A stretch of 64,000 bases of DNA from Acidimicrobiia bacterium (GCA_036380875.1 DASVDX010000071.1:4041-68040), one strand, 5' to 3'; numbered from the stretch's first letter, positions 21,931-32,474 are shown. The notes: generated from the letters alone by a model not told the origin. Translations and numbers: made by a program.

Positions 21931-23048
21931 TCGTCGGGGTGCCTAGAGAAATCAAGACGGCCGAGCTCCGTGTGGCCCTGACGCCCGTCGGCGTCAGGGA
22001 ATTGGTGGACCGGGGCCACACCGTCGTCATCGAGAAGGAAGCCGGTGTGGGCTCCAGCATCTCCGACGCCGAATACGAGTCGCAGGGTGCCCGCATCGTG
22101 CCCACCGCCGAGGACGTGTTCGCCGAGGCAGACCTGATCCTCAAGGTGAAGGAGCCCCAGATGTCCGAGGTCGGCCTGTTCCGGCCGGGACAGGTGCTGT
22201 TCACGTACCTCCACCTCGCCGCCCATCCCGATCTGGCGAAGGCGCTGCGTAGCCGGGGGATCGTCGGCATCGCCTACGAAACCGTCCAGCTGCCCGACGG
22301 AAGCCTGCCGCTCCTCGCCCCGATGTCGGAGATCGCCGGGCGGATGGCCACCCAGGTGGGCGCTTACTTCCTCGAGGCGGCACAAGGCGGCCGGGGCATC
22401 CTCCTCGGCGGCGTGGCGGGCGTACGTCCCGCCAAAGTCGTCGTCTTGGGGGCGGGGATGGCCGGAACCAACGCCACCTTGATCGCGGCCGGTATGCAAG
22501 CCGAAGTGGCAGTGCTCGACGTGGCGGTGGACAAGCTGCGCCGCATCGACTCACACAACGGAGGCCGGGTCGTGACCCTGTCGTCCAACCGTCTCAACCT
22601 CGAAGACCAGGTCACCACCGCCGACCTGGTCGTCGGCACCGTCCTCGTCCCGGGAGCATCGGCACCCAAGCTCGTCACAGAGGACATGGTTCGCGCCATG
22701 AAGAAGGGGGCGGTGCTCGTCGACGTGGCCATCGACCAAGGGGGCTGCTTCGAGACCAGCCACGAGACCACCCACGAGGATCCGGTCTTCGAGAAGCACG
22801 GGGTGATCCACTACGCCGTCGGGAACATCCCGGGCGCCGTGCCCCACACGTCGACGTACGCGTTGACCAACGCCACCCTGCGTTACATCTTGGCACTCGC
22901 CGATCAGGGACCCCGGCAGGCGATGGCGAGCCACCCCGAGCTGGTGCACGGCTTCAACATCGTCGGAGACGATGTCTGCCATCCGGCGGTGGCCGAGAGC
23001 CTCGGCGTGACCTACGTGCCGCCAGAGGACGCTCTCAGCCGAAACTAA
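21909..23048 (+). CDS. ald: Alanine dehydrogenase
   Basis: It has IGVPREIK at the N-terminus, the NAD-binding VVVLGAGMAGTNA motif, and 379 aa AlaDH/PNT architecture. Confidence 0.85.
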
Positions 23049-23177
23049 ACGGAATCTTCCCGAGGATCGGCGGGACAACCGGCTATCATGTGAGCGATCC
23101 CGGGAAAAGCCGCTACCCAGTTGTCTAGTCACGCCTACCTGCGTGGACCCGGGACTGCCACCTACCCGAGCTCGACC

Positions 23178-23528
23178 ATGAACACCCTCGACATCGAAGC
23201 AATCCGACAGGATCTGGAGAAGGCACGCGACCGGCTGGTCGATCAACTCGACGAGCTCGGTGCAACGCCCACCGGTGACCTGCGATCCGACGTCGACTAC
23301 GGCGACAGCTTCGCCGACGCCGGGGCCGTGACGGCCGAGCGCACAGAGCGCCTCGGTCTGGTCGACACGCTCGTGGGTCAGCTCCGTGAGGTCGAGAAGG
23401 CTCTGGAGCGGATCGAGCAGGGCACCTACGGCATCTGTGCGAACTGCGGCAAGGAGATCCCCGCCGCACGCCTGGAGGCCCGACCCGAGTCGACGTTGTG
23501 CGTCGACTGCAAGTCACGCCTCGGCTGA
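23178..23528 (+). CDS. DksA/TraR-family C4 zinc-finger protein
   Basis: It has a coiled-coil N-terminus and the C-terminal CxxC-N17-CxxC pattern (CANCGKEI...CVDC). Confidence 0.7.
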   Translation: MNTLDIEAIRQDLEKARDRLVDQLDELGATPTGDLRSDVDYGDSFADAGAVTAERTERLGLVDTLVGQLREVEKALERIEQGTYGICANCGKEIPAARLEARPESTLCVDCKSRLG

Positions 23529-23533
23529 AGCCG

Positions 23534-24040
23534 ATGCCGGGGGCGTGGTCGCATCTCGCGGCGCGGTTCTTCGACTTCGTCACCGCCCCCGGGTTGCTCC
23601 CTCACGAGGTCACTCAGGTGGAGGAATGGCTCGCCGGGCGTCCGCTCGCCTTGCGAGCGTTCTTCGGACAGCCCCGGGCGGACCAGCGTCATGGGTTCGA
23701 AGCAGCCAAGAGCGTGGCAGAAGCGGCGCCTGGGCGGCTGGATCTCGTGCGGGCGGCACTCCTGCACGATGTCGGCAAGCGCCATTCCGACCTCGGTGCG
23801 ATCGGACGCGTTCTCGCCACCTTGGCGATCCGTTTCCGGCTCCCGCTCACGCCTCGCTGGCGTCTCTATCGGGACCACGGACGCCTGGCTGCGGCCGAAC
23901 TGGGCGACGAGGAGCCCGTCGTGATCGAGTTCGCCCGTCATCACCAGATCGGAAGGCCCCCTACCATCTCGACCGCCGACTGGGAGATCCTGACTTCAGC
24001 CGACCGGGCCCGCGTCCACGTCGGCAGCCGAGATCGTTGA
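23534..24040 (+). CDS. HD-domain phosphohydrolase
   Basis: It has H...HD motifs (ALLHDVGK). Confidence 0.6.
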   Translation: MPGAWSHLAARFFDFVTAPGLLPHEVTQVEEWLAGRPLALRAFFGQPRADQRHGFEAAKSVAEAAPGRLDLVRAALLHDVGKRHSDLGAIGRVLATLAIRFRLPLTPRWRLYRDHGRLAAAELGDEEPVVIEFARHHQIGRPPTISTADWEILTSADRARVHVGSRDR

Positions 24041-24110
24041 TTGGGCCGATGCCATCGACCAGCATGACCGCCGATGCCTACACGCGAGCGCCGCTTTGCC
24101 TTCTGAGACC

Positions 24111-24875
24111 ATGACTTATCACGTTTCCACTGCGGTCTTCGAAGGCCCCCTCGACCTGCTGCTCCAGTTGATCACGCGCCACCAGGTGGACGTCACCGCG
24201 GTGCGGTTGTCCGACATCGTCTCCGAGTATCTGGCGTACCTCGAGGAGATGCGCCGTCTCGACCTGGACGTGACCTCCGAGTTCCTGCTCATCGCCGCCA
24301 CCCTCATCCAGCTCAAGGCACATGCCCTGCTCCCCGCCGACGCCGAACTCGACCTCGACGAGGAACTGGCGCTCATGGAGGAGCGGGACCGCCTCCTGGC
24401 CCGCCTCCTCACCTGTGTCACGTTCAAGGACGTGGCGGTGGTGATTCGCCACCGGATGCAGGAGGCGAATCGGTTCGTCCCCCGGATCAGCGGCATCGAC
24501 CAGGACATCGCCGTACCGGCGCCGGAGGTGGTGATCCCCACCGACGCCGTGGGGTTGGCGCGGATCGCGGCGTCCATCCTCGCCGCTCCCAAGGACGAAC
24601 CCGACCTCGACCACCTCGACTTCGACCTGCCCTCCGTGCAGGCGGCCATCGACGAGCTGCGCGTCCGCATCAGCGAAGAGGTGACTGCTGGCTTCGACTC
24701 CCTCGTCGCTCACTGTCGCCGACCGGTGGAGGTGGCCGCCTACTTCCTCGCTCTCCTCGAATTGGCCCGGTGGGGATTCGTCGAGGTGAGCCAGGAAGAC
24801 TGGATGTCCGAGATCGTGGTGCGCCACACCGGCCGAGGTGCGGACGATCTGACCTCCGAATGGGCGGCCCCATGA
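24111..24875 (+). CDS. scpA: Segregation and condensation protein A
   Basis: The N-terminus FEGPLDLLLQLI is typical, and it is translationally coupled to scpB. Confidence 0.8.
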   Translation: MTYHVSTAVFEGPLDLLLQLITRHQVDVTAVRLSDIVSEYLAYLEEMRRLDLDVTSEFLLIAATLIQLKAHALLPADAELDLDEELALMEERDRLLARLLTCVTFKDVAVVIRHRMQEANRFVPRISGIDQDIAVPAPEVVIPTDAVGLARIAASILAAPKDEPDLDHLDFDLPSVQAAIDELRVRISEEVTAGFDSLVAHCRRPVEVAAYFLALLELARWGFVEVSQEDWMSEIVVRHTGRGADDLTSEWAAP

Positions 24876-25441
24876 GTCCTCTCGCCGCTCTCGAGGCGAT
24901 CCTGTTCGTCACCGAAGCTCCAGTTCCCGTCAGCGAACTGGCAGAGGTGCTCGAGGTGACGCCGGACGAGGTCGAGCGCTTGATCGAAGAGTTGAACGCC
25001 AACCTCGAGGCTCGCGATTCGGGCCTGGTGGCCCGGTCGACCGCCGGGGGATGGCGCCTGTACTCGCGTCCCGAGGCCTATCCCTACCTGGAGCGTTTCT
25101 CGTCCTCGGCGACGGCCCGCCGCCTCTCGACGGCGGCCTTGGAGGTTCTGGCCGTGGTCGCCTACAGACAGCCGGTGTCGCGGGCGCAGATCGCCGAGAT
25201 CCGCGGCGTCGACTCAGACTCGGCGGTGCGGAGCCTGCTTCGGCTGGGGCTCATCGAAGAGGCCGGCCGCCTGTCCCTACCCGGCAACCCCGCCGTGTAC
25301 CGGACGACGCCGCTGTTCCTCGAGAAGCTGGGGATCGGCTCACTGGCCGAACTGCCGCCGCTGGCCGATCACGTCCCGCCCGCCGAAGTGGTGGGCGCGC
25401 TGGAGGAGACGTTCCGGCCGGGGGTGGCCGAGGGCGCGTGA
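24872..25441 (+). CDS. scpB: Segregation and condensation protein B
   Basis: It has LEAILFV and two winged-helix repeats (QPVSRAQIAEIRGV). The ATGA overlap with scpA is present. Confidence 0.8.
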   Translation: MSPLAALEAILFVTEAPVPVSELAEVLEVTPDEVERLIEELNANLEARDSGLVARSTAGGWRLYSRPEAYPYLERFSSSATARRLSTAALEVLAVVAYRQPVSRAQIAEIRGVDSDSAVRSLLRLGLIEEAGRLSLPGNPAVYRTTPLFLEKLGIGSLAELPPLADHVPPAEVVGALEETFRPGVAEGA

Positions 25442-25447
25442 GCGCCG

Positions 25448-26167
25448 ATGGCCGAGAAACCGAAGCTGCAGAAGGCGATCGCGCAGAGCGGGCTCATGTC
25501 CCGGCGCGCTGCCGAGGAGCTGATCGCCCAGGGACGGGTCACGATCGACGGCCGACGGGCCCGTATCGGCGAGCGGGTCGATCCCGCGACGGAGCAGGTG
25601 GCCATCGACGGGAAGCCGATTCCGATTCGACCCGATCTGGTCACGTACCTCCTCTACAAGCCGGTCGGGGTCATTTCGACCGCGGACGATCCCCAGGGGA
25701 GGCGCACCGTCGTGGATCTGGTCCCGGCCGAGCCGCGCGTGTACCCGGTGGGTCGCCTGGACGCCGACTCGGAGGGGCTGATCCTCCTCACCAACGACGG
25801 TCACCTGGCCAACCTGGTGACACATCCTCGCTATGGGATCGAGAAGACCTATCTCGTCCTCGTCGAAGGCCGGCCCGGGAGATGGGTCGACCAGTTGGAG
25901 GAGGGCCTCGAACTCGACGACGGCCCAGCAGCCGCCCGGCGAGCCCGGGTCGTCGACACACTCAAAGGCCAGACGATGCTCGAGATCGTGATGGGCGAGG
26001 GCCGCAAACGCGAGATCCGACGCATGTGCGCCGCTCTCGGCCACGACGTGGTCCGGCTCGTTCGCACGGCGATCGGCCCGATCTCCGATCGCCGGCTCAA
26101 GCCCGGCACGTGGCGGCGGCTCGAGCCGGACGAGGTGGCGGCCTTGTATGCCGCCGGCTCGGTTTGA
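25448..26167 (+). CDS. RluB/RsuA-family pseudouridine synthase
   Basis: It has an S4 N-terminal domain and the catalytic PVGRLDxDSEGL motif. Confidence 0.8.
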   Translation: MAEKPKLQKAIAQSGLMSRRAAEELIAQGRVTIDGRRARIGERVDPATEQVAIDGKPIPIRPDLVTYLLYKPVGVISTADDPQGRRTVVDLVPAEPRVYPVGRLDADSEGLILLTNDGHLANLVTHPRYGIEKTYLVLVEGRPGRWVDQLEEGLELDDGPAAARRARVVDTLKGQTMLEIVMGEGRKREIRRMCAALGHDVVRLVRTAIGPISDRRLKPGTWRRLEPDEVAALYAAGSV

Positions 26168-27455
26168 GACGTCCGAAAAGGCAGGTAGCTTCCATTCTGT
26201 GCTCGCTGTAGAACCCCTCGGCAGACCGGTAGCCGCCCGCGTGGCGGTTCCGGGGTCGAAGTCCCTCACCAATCGGGCGTTGGTGGCGGCGGCTCTCGCC
26301 CGCACCGGAGTCAGCCGCCTCTACCGGCCGCTGGAGGCCGACGACACTGAGGCCATGCGGGAAGCGCTACGGGCGCTCGGCGTGCTCATCGACGACAACG
26401 ACGACCCGTGGTTGGTGCTGGGGACCGGGGGAGAGCTCGAGGCGAACGACGTCCGCATCGACGTGCGAGCGTCGGGCACGACAGCGCGCTTCATCACCGC
26501 GGTGGCCGCGCTGGCGAAAGGGAGGGTGGTGGTGGACGGAGTCCCGCGCATGCGGGAGCGCCCGATCGGTCCTCTCGTGGAAGCGATCCGGTCCCTCGGG
26601 GGCGAAGCCTCGGACAGCGGCGGTTTCCCGCCTGTCGAGGTGAACGGCTCGGGGGTGCTCAGAGGGGGCGAGATCTTCGTCGACTCGTCCCAGTCGTCGC
26701 AGTTCGCCTCGGCCCTGTTGCTCGTGGCCCCGCTGGCCGAATCTCAGACCACGATCGACATCGGCGAGAACCCCGTCTCGCGGCCCTACCTGGACGGCAC
26801 CGTGGAGATCATGCGGCGGTTCGGCGCAGAGGTGGAGGTGGACGGGAACCGGTTCGTGGTGCAGCCGACGGGCTACGAGAAAGCTCACGTCGACATCGAG
26901 CCCGACGCCTCTGCTGCCGTGTATCCGGCGGTGGCAGCGGCGATAACCGGGGGAGTGGTCGAGATCCCGGGTATTCCGGCATCGTCGACGCAGCCCGACC
27001 TCGCCGTCCTGGACGTCTTGGGCGTGATGGGGGCCAAGGTGATCCGGCGAGACGACATGGTCCGGATCGAGGGACCGAATGGGGCTCTCGCCGCGGTAGA
27101 CATCGACATGTCGACCGCTCCCGATGGGGCCATGGCCGTGGCGGTGGCGGCCCTGTTTGCCGACGGACCCTCGCGCATCCACGGGCTGTCGACGCTCCGC
27201 CTGAAGGAGACGGACCGCCTGGCGGCCCTGGAGACGGAACTGCGCCGGCTGGGGGCCCGGGCGGAGGTGCAGGGCGACACGCTCGTGGTCACCCCCGGGG
27301 ACCTCCACGGGGCAGAGATCGCCACCTACGGCGACCATCGGATGGCGATGGCGTTCGCCCTCGTCGGTTTGGTCGTCGACGGGGTGAGCATCTCCGACCC
27401 CGGCGTCGTGCAGAAGACCTGGCCGGAATACTTCCAGATGCTGGAGGGGCTGTGA
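26148..27455 (+). CDS. aroA: 3-phosphoshikimate 1-carboxyvinyltransferase (EPSP synthase)
   Basis: It has PGSKSLTNRAL and the LRxKETDR motif. The exact start is uncertain because the ORF overlaps the preceding gene by 20 nt; a later GTG is possible. Confidence 0.85.
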   Translation: MPPARFETSEKAGSFHSVLAVEPLGRPVAARVAVPGSKSLTNRALVAAALARTGVSRLYRPLEADDTEAMREALRALGVLIDDNDDPWLVLGTGGELEANDVRIDVRASGTTARFITAVAALAKGRVVVDGVPRMRERPIGPLVEAIRSLGGEASDSGGFPPVEVNGSGVLRGGEIFVDSSQSSQFASALLLVAPLAESQTTIDIGENPVSRPYLDGTVEIMRRFGAEVEVDGNRFVVQPTGYEKAHVDIEPDASAAVYPAVAAAITGGVVEIPGIPASSTQPDLAVLDVLGVMGAKVIRRDDMVRIEGPNGALAAVDIDMSTAPDGAMAVAVAALFADGPSRIHGLSTLRLKETDRLAALETELRRLGARAEVQGDTLVVTPGDLHGAEIATYGDHRMAMAFALVGLVVDGVSISDPGVVQKTWPEYFQMLEGL

Positions 27456-28084
27456 GCCTGATCGTGGCAGTGGACGGGCCGGGGGGTGCCGGCAAATCGA
27501 CCGTCAGCCGTCTGCTGGCGCAGCGACTCGGGTCGGCCCACCTCGATACCGGTGCCTTCTACCGGGCGGCGACGTTGGCGGTGCTCGAAGCAGGTGTCGA
27601 CCCGGAGGACGAGGGGGCCGTGGTGAGCGTCATCGACGGCCGCGTCATCGACCAGGTCGAGGGAAGGACGCTGCTCGATGGTCGCGATGTGTCGAAGGAG
27701 ATCCGCTCCGACGAAGTCACGGGTGCGGTGTCGGTGGTGTCGGCCCATCCCGAGGTGCGCAAGCGTCTAGTGGAGGCACAGCGGCGCTGGGTGGAGCGAG
27801 CGGGCAACCGGGCAGTGGTGGAGGGACGCGACATCGGCACAGTGGTGTTCCCCAATGCCGACCTCAAGGTGTTCCTGGACGCCGATCCGGCGGTGCGGGC
27901 CGCCCGGCGCTCGGGCGAGATCGGCTCGGCGGTGGGGGACGTGAAGGCGGCTCTCGACCGGCGCGATCGCCTCGACTCCACCCGGGCGACCTCACCGCTC
28001 CGCCCGGCTGACGACGCCATCGTCATCGACACGACCCACCTCACGATCGACCAGGTCGTGGACCGCATATCGAGTTTCTTGTGA
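27452..28084 (+). CDS. cmk: Cytidylate kinase
   Basis: It has the P-loop VAVDGPGGAGKST. The GTG start overlaps the aroA stop, in the aroA-cmk order. Confidence 0.85.
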   Translation: MSLIVAVDGPGGAGKSTVSRLLAQRLGSAHLDTGAFYRAATLAVLEAGVDPEDEGAVVSVIDGRVIDQVEGRTLLDGRDVSKEIRSDEVTGAVSVVSAHPEVRKRLVEAQRRWVERAGNRAVVEGRDIGTVVFPNADLKVFLDADPAVRAARRSGEIGSAVGDVKAALDRRDRLDSTRATSPLRPADDAIVIDTTHLTIDQVVDRISSFL

Positions 28085-28168
28085 CTGGAACGGGGCGGAA
28101 AAACACCCCCGGGTGACGCATAGAACGGGTCGCGCGGCCTTTCCCGGTTCGGGGGTCCGGTCCCTACC

Positions 28169-29224
28169 ATGACCTCGATGGTCCAACGCGTGCTCCTGGC
28201 CGAACCCCGCGGCTTCTGTGCCGGCGTGGAGATGGCGATCAAGGCTCTCACCTGGATGGTGAGGATCTTCGAGCCGCCCGTCTACTGCTATCACGAGATC
28301 GTCCACAACGAGTGGGTCGTCAAAGCATTCGAGCGGGTCGGGGTCGTCTTCGTGGACGACATCTCCCAGGTGCCCGAAGGCGCCCCCGTGATGCTGTCAG
28401 CCCACGGGTCGGCTCCCGAGGTCGTGGCCGGCGCCGAGGAGCGCGCCGGGGTGGTGATCGACGCGGTCTGTCCGCTGGTCACGAAGGTCCACCATGAGGT
28501 CAAGCGAATGGCCTCGAAAGGCTACGACATCATCTACGTCGGCCACCAGGGCCACGACGAGGCCGTTGGCACCGTTGCCGAGGCGCCCGAGGCCATCACC
28601 CTGGTGGAGCCGGAATGGGGCCTCGACGGCTTCCGTCCTTCCGACCCGGACCGGGTCGCCCTCGTAGCCCAGACCACCCTGGGAATGCACGAGTGGGCTT
28701 CGGTGCTGGAGGAAGCCCAGCGACGCTTTCCGAGTCTCCAGACAGCCCGCCGCTCCGACCTCTGCTACGCCACCACCAACCGTCAGGAGGCGGTGGCGCA
28801 ACTCGCCAGCCAGTGCGACGTCATCCTCGTCGTCGGCTCCGAGAACTCGTCCAATACCCAGGCCCTAGTCCGCTACTCACGGGAGCACGGGACGCCCGCT
28901 CACCGGATCGACTCGGCGGCCGACATCGACCCGGCCTGGCTCGAAGGCGCCGAGGTAGTCGGGCTCACCGCCGGTGCTTCAGCCCCCGACTATCTCGTCC
29001 AGGATGTCATCGACCGGATCGATCCGGCACAAGGCTTCGAGTTGTGGCGGGTGACCGAAGAAGGCGAGTACTTCCCCCTGCCCCCGCAGCTGCGGAGCTT
29101 CGTCACGACGCTCGGGGCGCTGGTCGAGGCGGGGGTGACCGCCCGTCCGCCAGCCGAGCCCGGCTGGCTCGATCGCGACCGGGAGTGGACGGCGACGGAA
29201 GCCCTGGCTTCGATCGCCACCTGA
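28169..29224 (+). CDS. ispH: 4-hydroxy-3-methylbut-2-enyl diphosphate reductase
   Basis: It has the three conserved Cys contexts (GFCAGV, AVCPLV, N-terminal LytB fold) and an HNxxV motif, plus a C-terminal extension typical of actinobacteria. Confidence 0.8.
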   Translation: MTSMVQRVLLAEPRGFCAGVEMAIKALTWMVRIFEPPVYCYHEIVHNEWVVKAFERVGVVFVDDISQVPEGAPVMLSAHGSAPEVVAGAEERAGVVIDAVCPLVTKVHHEVKRMASKGYDIIYVGHQGHDEAVGTVAEAPEAITLVEPEWGLDGFRPSDPDRVALVAQTTLGMHEWASVLEEAQRRFPSLQTARRSDLCYATTNRQEAVAQLASQCDVILVVGSENSSNTQALVRYSREHGTPAHRIDSAADIDPAWLEGAEVVGLTAGASAPDYLVQDVIDRIDPAQGFELWRVTEEGEYFPLPPQLRSFVTTLGALVEAGVTARPPAEPGWLDRDREWTATEALASIAT

Positions 29225-29239
29225 CGGTCTAGCGTTCTG

Positions 29240-30580
29240 GTGATGGAATCCGTCGTGCCCGCCGGGCGCCTGCCGATCGTCGCCGTCGTGGGCCGCCCCA
29301 ACGTCGGCAAGTCGACGCTGGTCAACCGAATAGTCGGAAAGCGCCTCGCCGTCGTCGAAGAACAGGCGGGTGTCACCCGCGACCGCCGGCAGTTCGACGC
29401 CGACTGGGCAGGTCGCCCTTTCATCCTGGTCGACACCGGCGGGTGGGAGGTGAACCCCAAGGACACCATCGAAGACGCCATCCGTCAGCAGGTGGAGGCG
29501 GCGCTGGCGTCTGCCGACGTGGTGATCCTCGTCGTCGACGCCACCACACCCACCGTCGAGGAAGATCGGGAGGTGGTGGAGATGCTCCGCCGCTCGGGCC
29601 TACCGGTCGTGCTGGCTGCCAACAAGGTGGACTCGGCCGCCCAGGAACCGGAGGTGGCCGAGTTGTGGGGTCTGGGGTTGGGTGAACCGATGCCGGTTTC
29701 CGCCTTCCACGGGCGAGGTGTGGGTGAGTTGCTGGACCGTGTGGTCGCTCATTTCCCCGAGCAGATCGAAGAGTCGGAGAGGTCCGAGATACCCCGGCTG
29801 GCGATCGTGGGACGACCCAACGTCGGCAAATCCACGCTCCTCAATCGTCTGGTAGGGGAGGAGCGGGTGATCGTCTCCGACATACCCGGCACGACCCGGG
29901 ACCCGGTCGACGTGGAGGTCGAGATCGACGGCAAACCCTACGTCCTCGTCGACACGGCGGGCATCCGGCGCAAGCCCCAGATCACCGAAGATGCCGACTT
30001 CTACGCCGTGCTGCGTGCCCGCGAAGCCCTGGCGGAGGCGGACGTGGCGTTGCTCATGATCGACGCCGCGGAAGGAGTCACCCGCCAGGACCAGCGCATC
30101 GCCGACGAGGTGATCCAGGCCGGCACCTCGGTGGTGGTCCTCGTCAACAAATGGGACGCGGTCGATCCGGACGACCGGCGACTCCTGGAACGCGACATCG
30201 CCCAACGGCTGGGCTTCCTCGAATGGGCGCCGATGCTCCGCATCTCTGCGTTGACCGGAGCGAGGGTGCGGCGGCTCGGCGAGGCCGTCGAGACGGTGCT
30301 CGAGTCCCGCTACCGGCGTGTCTCCACGGGGGTCCTCAACCGCCTCGTGCGCACCTGGGTGGCGGCCCACCCCCCTCCGGTGCGGAAGGGTCGCCGACCC
30401 AAGATCCATTACGCGGTGCAGGCGGCGGTGGCGCCGCCCACCGTTGTGCTGTTCGTCTCAGGCGGCGAATTGGGGGATGATTACCTGCGATTCATCGAGA
30501 ACCGCTTGCGCGAGGTCGAAGACTTCACGGGCACGCCGATCCGGGTGGTGCCTCGCTTGAGGAGCCGTCGTGACGACTGA
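29240..30580 (+). CDS. der: Ribosome-associated GTPase Der (EngA)
   Basis: It has two tandem G domains (GRPNVGKST twice) and a KH-like C-terminus. Confidence 0.9.
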   Translation: MMESVVPAGRLPIVAVVGRPNVGKSTLVNRIVGKRLAVVEEQAGVTRDRRQFDADWAGRPFILVDTGGWEVNPKDTIEDAIRQQVEAALASADVVILVVDATTPTVEEDREVVEMLRRSGLPVVLAANKVDSAAQEPEVAELWGLGLGEPMPVSAFHGRGVGELLDRVVAHFPEQIEESERSEIPRLAIVGRPNVGKSTLLNRLVGEERVIVSDIPGTTRDPVDVEVEIDGKPYVLVDTAGIRRKPQITEDADFYAVLRAREALAEADVALLMIDAAEGVTRQDQRIADEVIQAGTSVVVLVNKWDAVDPDDRRLLERDIAQRLGFLEWAPMLRISALTGARVRRLGEAVETVLESRYRRVSTGVLNRLVRTWVAAHPPPVRKGRRPKIHYAVQAAVAPPTVVLFVSGGELGDDYLRFIENRLREVEDFTGTPIRVVPRLRSRRDD

Positions 30581-30731
30581 ACCGCCCCAACCAGAGCGCG
30601 AAGCTCGGGATCCCGACGACGAGATCCCGCCGGCGCCTTGGAGCTTCAAGATCATGGTGGCGTTGGCCGTGCTCTACCTGGCCTGGCGGCTCGTGCAGGG
30701 CGTTGCTTGGGTGATCGACAAGGTCTTCTGA
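30570..30731 (+). CDS. Small hypothetical single-TM protein (53 aa)
   Basis: It is a GTG-initiated ORF overlapping the der stop by 11 nt. A hydrophobic segment (IMVALAVLYLAWRLVQGVAWVI) follows an acidic N-terminus. It is below the ORF-track threshold. Confidence 0.3.
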   Translation: MTTEPPQPEREARDPDDEIPPAPWSFKIMVALAVLYLAWRLVQGVAWVIDKVF

Positions 30732-30734
30732 CGT

Positions 30735-32180
30735 TCACGGCCGGTCGATCATCTGGTCGACGGGGGCGAAGTCGTCGGTGAGAGGCCGGGCACCGTCGAC
30801 GAACGGATCCAGAGCCGTGTTGGCGATCCCGATCTCGACTCCGCCTCGGGCGCGAATGGCGGCTTCGATCTCTTCCGTCGGAATCGGCGAGGCGGAAGCG
30901 ACCAGAACGAAGTTGCCTCCCGCCTGCGCAGCCAGATAGGTGGGCGGGGCGAATACCGCTACATGGGGGAAGACCGTCTGCAGGGTGGCGACCTCGGATC
31001 GGACGAAGTCGAGGTCTCCGTAGTCGATCACGTTCATCACGTAGGTGCCTCCCGGCGCCAGGTGAGCGGCGACGTGCTCGACGAACTCCACCGTCGTCAG
31101 GTGCCAGGGCACCGAGAGCCCGCTGAAGGCGTCGCCGAAGACGAGGTCGGCGGTTCCCTCCTCCAGCGTCGGCAGCGATCGGCGGGCGTCGCCGACGATC
31201 ACCTCGGCCTCCTCGGCCAGCCCGAGTTGCTCGTGCCCGATCTCCACGAGCTCGGCGTCGATCTCCAAGGTGACGTGGCGTGATCCGGGCCGCGTGGCCT
31301 TCAGATACGAGTCGAAAGTGAAGCCGCCGCCTCCGATGGAGGTCGCCGTGAGCGGGCCTTCTGGAAGCATCACGTGGATCACGTCCGCCACCACCCGGGC
31401 GTAGCGGAACTCGAGGTGGGTGGGGTCGTCGAGGTCGACATAGCTGTTCGAGACCTGGTCGAGGATCAGGGTGCGGCCGCCAGGACGGTCCAGATCCAAC
31501 TCGATGACGGCACAGCTGTAGGTGGTCTCGAAGTCACAGGGGCCGGGCAGCGCGAACATCCCTCCCACGAGGACGAGGCCGGCGGCGGTGGCGTTGAGGC
31601 CCACCCGTCCGAACTGTCCCCAAAGAACGATGCCGGCGACCACCAGGGCGGTGCCGACGGCGATCACGATCGGGCGGGTCGGAAAGGCGGCGATGAGGAC
31701 GAAACCGGTGGCGAACGTCCCAAAGATGCCTCCGGCGGTGCCGACGGCTGAATAGGAGCCGACCACTGTGCCGGTCTGTTCCAGGGAGGCGAGCCGCAGC
31801 TTGACCACCACCGGCGGGACGGAGGACAGGATGGCGGCGGGCAGGAAGAACCCGACTGTCGTGAGCATCACGATGCTGAGCGGCCCGGCTGAGGAGATCG
31901 CCGGACCGACGATGTCGACGACGATCGGGGCGGCGAGGGCGCTGAGCCCGCCGCCGATCAGGATCGGCCCGAGGAGCTTGGCCGGATCCATACGGTCGGC
32001 GGCTCGCCCTCCGGCCCAAGCGCCGATGGCGATGCCGGCGAGAATGACGCCGATCACGCCGGTGACGACCTCGAGGCTCACCCCGAGGTAGGGGGCGAGG
32101 AGCCGTTGCGCCAGGATCTCGATCACCAGAACCGCTGCCGAAGTGAAGAACACGAGAAGACGGGCAACGGCCTGGCTCAT
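30735..32180 (-). CDS. Membrane-embedded spermidine-synthase-like (aminopropyltransferase-fold) protein
   Basis: The N-terminal ~200 aa are polytopic. The C-terminus has a SAM-MTase/spermidine-synthase-like domain (GGGGFTFDSY...LVFGDAF). The ORF is open to 32237, and I prefer the MSQAVARLL start. Confidence 0.65.
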   Translation of the reverse strand: MSQAVARLLVFFTSAAVLVIEILAQRLLAPYLGVSLEVVTGVIGVILAGIAIGAWAGGRAADRMDPAKLLGPILIGGGLSALAAPIVVDIVGPAISSAGPLSIVMLTTVGFFLPAAILSSVPPVVVKLRLASLEQTGTVVGSYSAVGTAGGIFGTFATGFVLIAAFPTRPIVIAVGTALVVAGIVLWGQFGRVGLNATAAGLVLVGGMFALPGPCDFETTYSCAVIELDLDRPGGRTLILDQVSNSYVDLDDPTHLEFRYARVVADVIHVMLPEGPLTATSIGGGGFTFDSYLKATRPGSRHVTLEIDAELVEIGHEQLGLAEEAEVIVGDARRSLPTLEEGTADLVFGDAFSGLSVPWHLTTVEFVEHVAAHLAPGGTYVMNVIDYGDLDFVRSEVATLQTVFPHVAVFAPPTYLAAQAGGNFVLVASASPIPTEEIEAAIRARGGVEIGIANTALDPFVDGARPLTDDFAPVDQMIDRP

Positions 32181-32474
32181 GGAGGGAAGTATCACCGGGC
32201 GCGGCGGGAATCGCCATCTCGGAGACCGCGAAAACAATCCATGGATTCCAGTTGCTCACCATTCCTGGAGCGTCTACTTTTTTGTACGGAGCCGATTCGT
32301 TCGGTTCCCGATACCGCCCTGGGGCCTTCGGGTCACGGGGCGGTTGTCGTTTCGGACCCCTTCCCCGCGTTTCGCAGATCTGACCCCGGGTAGGTCATCC
32401 ACCCCGAGAGTCTGGAGGACGGGGTTGACACAGCCACCTGACGCCGAATCGCCGCGGACGCGGCGTGCTGAGGC

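Noticed and set aside
23048-23178. Imperfect long-range inverted repeat (TTCCCGAGGATCG ... CGATCCCGGGAA) after ald.
   Set aside because: It is imperfect, with a 27-nt loop. It may be a weak terminator, but the evidence is too thin to call.
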